From IMG/VR virus record IMGVR_UViG_3300025316_000017: a stretch of 64,000 nt of DNA; one strand, written 5' to 3'. The notes beneath the pieces are model-generated. The model worked only from the letters and a program-made list of their open reading frames with translations. It made no database searches and was not told the DNA's origin. This stretch comes from an uncultured virus (IMG/VR IMGVR_UViG_3300025316_000017) (taxonomy: Duplodnaviria; Heunggongvirae; Uroviricota; Caudoviricetes). Below, one piece after another: positions 61,630 through 64,000 of the stretch. How positions within the stretch are numbered: position 1 is the stretch's first letter; every line of letters begins with the position of its first letter. The position numbers were made by a program, and so were the translations under genes.

Positions 61630-64000
61630 ATGCCATTACAAAAGCTTGCTTTTCGTCCCGGTTTGTATCGTGAAGGTACAGCTTACTCCAATGAAGGAGG
61701 ATGGTATGACGGGGATAAAGTTCGCTTTCGTTCAGCTCTTCCAGAAAAAATTGGCGGATGGACTCAAGTAAGCAATTCCACGTTTAATGGTATTTGCCGT
61801 TCACTATGGACTTGGGTAGACCTTTCAAGTAACGTGTTTATTGGTCTTGGGACTACATCAAAATATTATATTTACTCTGGTGGTACATATAATGACATTA
61901 CGCCGATTACGTATACCAGCACGTTAACTGCAACAGCAATTGCTACTACTGCAAGCTCAACTTCTGTAACGATCACTGATACTGCCTATAACCCATCTGT
62001 TGGGGACTATGTAATTTTTAGTGCTGCTACAGTTGGCGGAGTAGTAATTAGTGGGGAATATGTAGTAACTGGAGTTACATCTTCAACAACATATACCATT
62101 ACCACATCTGTAGCATCTTCAACTACAACAGGTGGACCTAGTACAGTACAGTATGAAGTACCAACTGGCGCTGCAACTTATTTTTCAAGCAATGGCTGGG
62201 GTACTGGACCATGGGGCGGTATTTCTCCACCTTTAACTGCAACATTAGGCACAAATCCTTTTAAAACTACTAGCGGAAGTGGCGTTGTAATTGTTTCTCA
62301 AGCATCTACACCATATACATTAACTGGTCAGTATGTTTACTTTTCTGGCGCTTCTAGCATAACTGGAACAGGAATAGCAGCTTCTATGTTGACTAACACA
62401 TTTAGTGTTACCCCCATTAGTGCTAGTTCATATAGTATTAGTATGCCAAGTGGGTTTACCGCTACCGCTACTACAACTGGTGGCGGAACATTAGTAGTTG
62501 CTACAGAGCAATCTGGTACTCGTGGTTGGGGAACTGCATTTACTGGAACTGGAACAGGAAATCAATTACGACTTTGGAGTAATGATAATTTTGGTCAAGA
62601 TTTAGTATTTGCACCACGTGGTGGAAATATTTATTATTGGGTTGATGCCAACGGCGTTGGAACAAGGGGCGTAACGCTTTCTTCTTTGGCTAATTCCAAT
62701 GCTAGTACTATTACGTCTTTAACTTTTGCTAGTGGTTCTTCTACAGCGATTGCTTCTGTTCCCACTGGTATTTATCCTTATTCCTATATCACTGGAACGG
62801 GAATAACTTCTGGCACTTATGTATCGTCAAATTATGTTATTGGATCAACATCAGTTCCTCTTTCTATACCGTCAACGGCGGCTAGTAGCGGTAATTACAC
62901 CATTTCTTATGCGGGGGCTTATGTACCGACCCAAGTTCTTCAAGTTATTACTTCATCCATTCAAGAATTTGTTATTGCATTTGGTGCAAATTCCTACAAT
63001 GGCGGTTCTTTATCAAATGATCCGTTTAACCCGATGCTTGTCAGATGGTCAGACCAAGCAAATGCTTATCAATGGGTTCCGCAAGTTACAAACCAATCTG
63101 GTGAGTTTCCATTAAGTAATGGTTCTTTTATTGTAGGAGCAAGAGCAACTCGTCAAGAAATATTAATTTGGACAAATACCGCTCTTTATACTATGCAGTA
63201 TGTTGGTTATCCATATGTTTGGTCTTTTAATATTTTGATGGACAACATATCAACAATGTCACCAAATTGCATGGTAACTATTAATAACGTTACCTACTGG
63301 ATGGGGACTTCAAAATTCTACAAATATGATGGTACGGTTCATACTTTGCCATCAGCTCTACGTCAATATGTATTTGATGATTTAAATATTAATCAATCAT
63401 TTCAAACTTTTTGCGGTGCAAACGAAGGATTTAATGAGGTTTGGTGGTTCTACGTTAGCAATGAAAGTATTAATAATTCAATTGACAAGTATGTTATTTA
63501 TAACTATGTAGAAAATGCTTGGTCATATGGCACTTTTGAAACCATTCAAATAACTGCTGGTAATTTTGTTGTTGGACAACAATATGTCATTGCAACCCAA
63601 GGAAATACTAATTTTACTCAGGCGGGGGCAGTAAATAATAATGTTGGGACATATTTTATTGCTACAGCTACAGGCTCTGGAACTGGAACGGCTTGGGCTT
63701 TAAATGGTAGAAGCGCTTGGTTGCAAGACAATATTCAATCTAATCCAGTAGCTGCCGACTATAACAACCGTCTTTTGTATCATGAAAGCGGTGTGGATGA
63801 TGCAGCAACATCTAATGTACAGCCTATTTATGCATATATACAGTCCTCTGACTTTGGAATTATGGCTTCAGACCAAAATAATTCTGGTCAGCATTTTGGT
63901 TTTGTATGGCGCTTATTGCCAGACGTAAATTTCAATGGCTCTAACGTAGCCAATCCACAGGTAACTATGGCTTTATATCCCCGTTTAAACAGCGGAGCAG
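61630..64000 (+). CDS. Tail tubular B / packaged-DNA-stabilisation protein (runs off window end; absent from ORF track)
   Basis: Manual translation MPLQKLAFRPG...VRFR..LPEKIGGW...VRWSDQ...FNEVWWFY. Confidence 0.75.
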   Translation, partial: MPLQKLAFRPGLYREGTAYSNEGGWYDGDKVRFRSALPEKIGGWTQVSNSTFNGICRSLWTWVDLSSNVFIGLGTTSKYYIYSGGTYNDITPITYTSTLTATAIATTASSTSVTITDTAYNPSVGDYVIFSAATVGGVVISGEYVVTGVTSSTTYTITTSVASSTTTGGPSTVQYEVPTGAATYFSSNGWGTGPWGGISPPLTATLGTNPFKTTSGSGVVIVSQASTPYTLTGQYVYFSGASSITGTGIAASMLTNTFSVTPISASSYSISMPSGFTATATTTGGGTLVVATEQSGTRGWGTAFTGTGTGNQLRLWSNDNFGQDLVFAPRGGNIYYWVDANGVGTRGVTLSSLANSNASTITSLTFASGSSTAIASVPTGIYPYSYITGTGITSGTYVSSNYVIGSTSVPLSIPSTAASSGNYTISYAGAYVPTQVLQVITSSIQEFVIAFGANSYNGGSLSNDPFNPMLVRWSDQANAYQWVPQVTNQSGEFPLSNGSFIVGARATRQEILIWTNTALYTMQYVGYPYVWSFNILMDNISTMSPNCMVTINNVTYWMGTSKFYKYDGTVHTLPSALRQYVFDDLNINQSFQTFCGANEGFNEVWWFYVSNESINNSIDKYVIYNYVENAWSYGTFETIQITAGNFVVGQQYVIATQGNTNFTQAGAVNNNVGTYFIATATGSGTGTAWALNGRSAWLQDNIQSNPVAADYNNRLLYHESGVDDAATSNVQPIYAYIQSSDFGIMASDQNNSGQHFGFVWRLLPDVNFNGSNVANPQVTMALYPRLNSGA

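Noticed and set aside
14141..62621. CACGTG enrichment as additional parS sites
   Set aside because: About 20 copies by eye, only modestly above expectation, and only the 34766 copy has parS flanks
793..63115. Many short ORF-track entries antisense or out of frame to long genes (e.g. 793-1056, 16017-16460, 29460-29909, 34269-34706, 57040-57477, 62819-63115)
   Set aside because: Shadow ORFs overlapping better-supported genes, lacking SDs or recognisable motifs
1..64000. Stop-codon reassignment
   Set aside because: Long intact ORFs and dense coding under the standard code; TAA, TGA and TAG all end genes

Overview
Nearly complete, circularly permuted genome of a tailed dsDNA phage with podovirus-type gene content. 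The host is unknown; a proteobacterium is plausible but only inferred. Layout: internal-virion/ejection genes (1-11.6 kb, +); a mostly minus-strand accessory, recombination and DNA-metabolism region (11.6-24.6 kb); RusA, a structured non-coding region, a small HNH and a primase-helicase (24.6-27.6 kb, +); a compositionally distinct early-type region with a MoxR AAA/zincin/VWA module and structured leaders (27.7-33.7 kb, -); packaging, head, tail and lysis genes (34-64 kb, +), interrupted by a reverse-oriented glycosyltransferase/methyltransferase cassette after the major capsid gene. No integrase, DNA or RNA polymerase, reverse transcriptase, tRNA or CRISPR array was recognised. The strongest unexplained signals: (1) an array of mini-genes at 17.1-20.0 kb joined by 11 copies of a ~21-nt SD+ATGA junction repeat and sharing internal microhomology blocks, suggesting a recombinational cassette-shuffling system; (2) about 49 hand-counted copies of the palindrome GTTTAAAC; (3) several structured RNA candidates, including two 60-nt repeats with compensatory base changes and a pseudoknot-rich element upstream of the HNH gene; (4) a perfect chromosomal-type parS palindrome near the likely genome end. 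All counts were made by eye and all product calls come from motif recognition without database searches.
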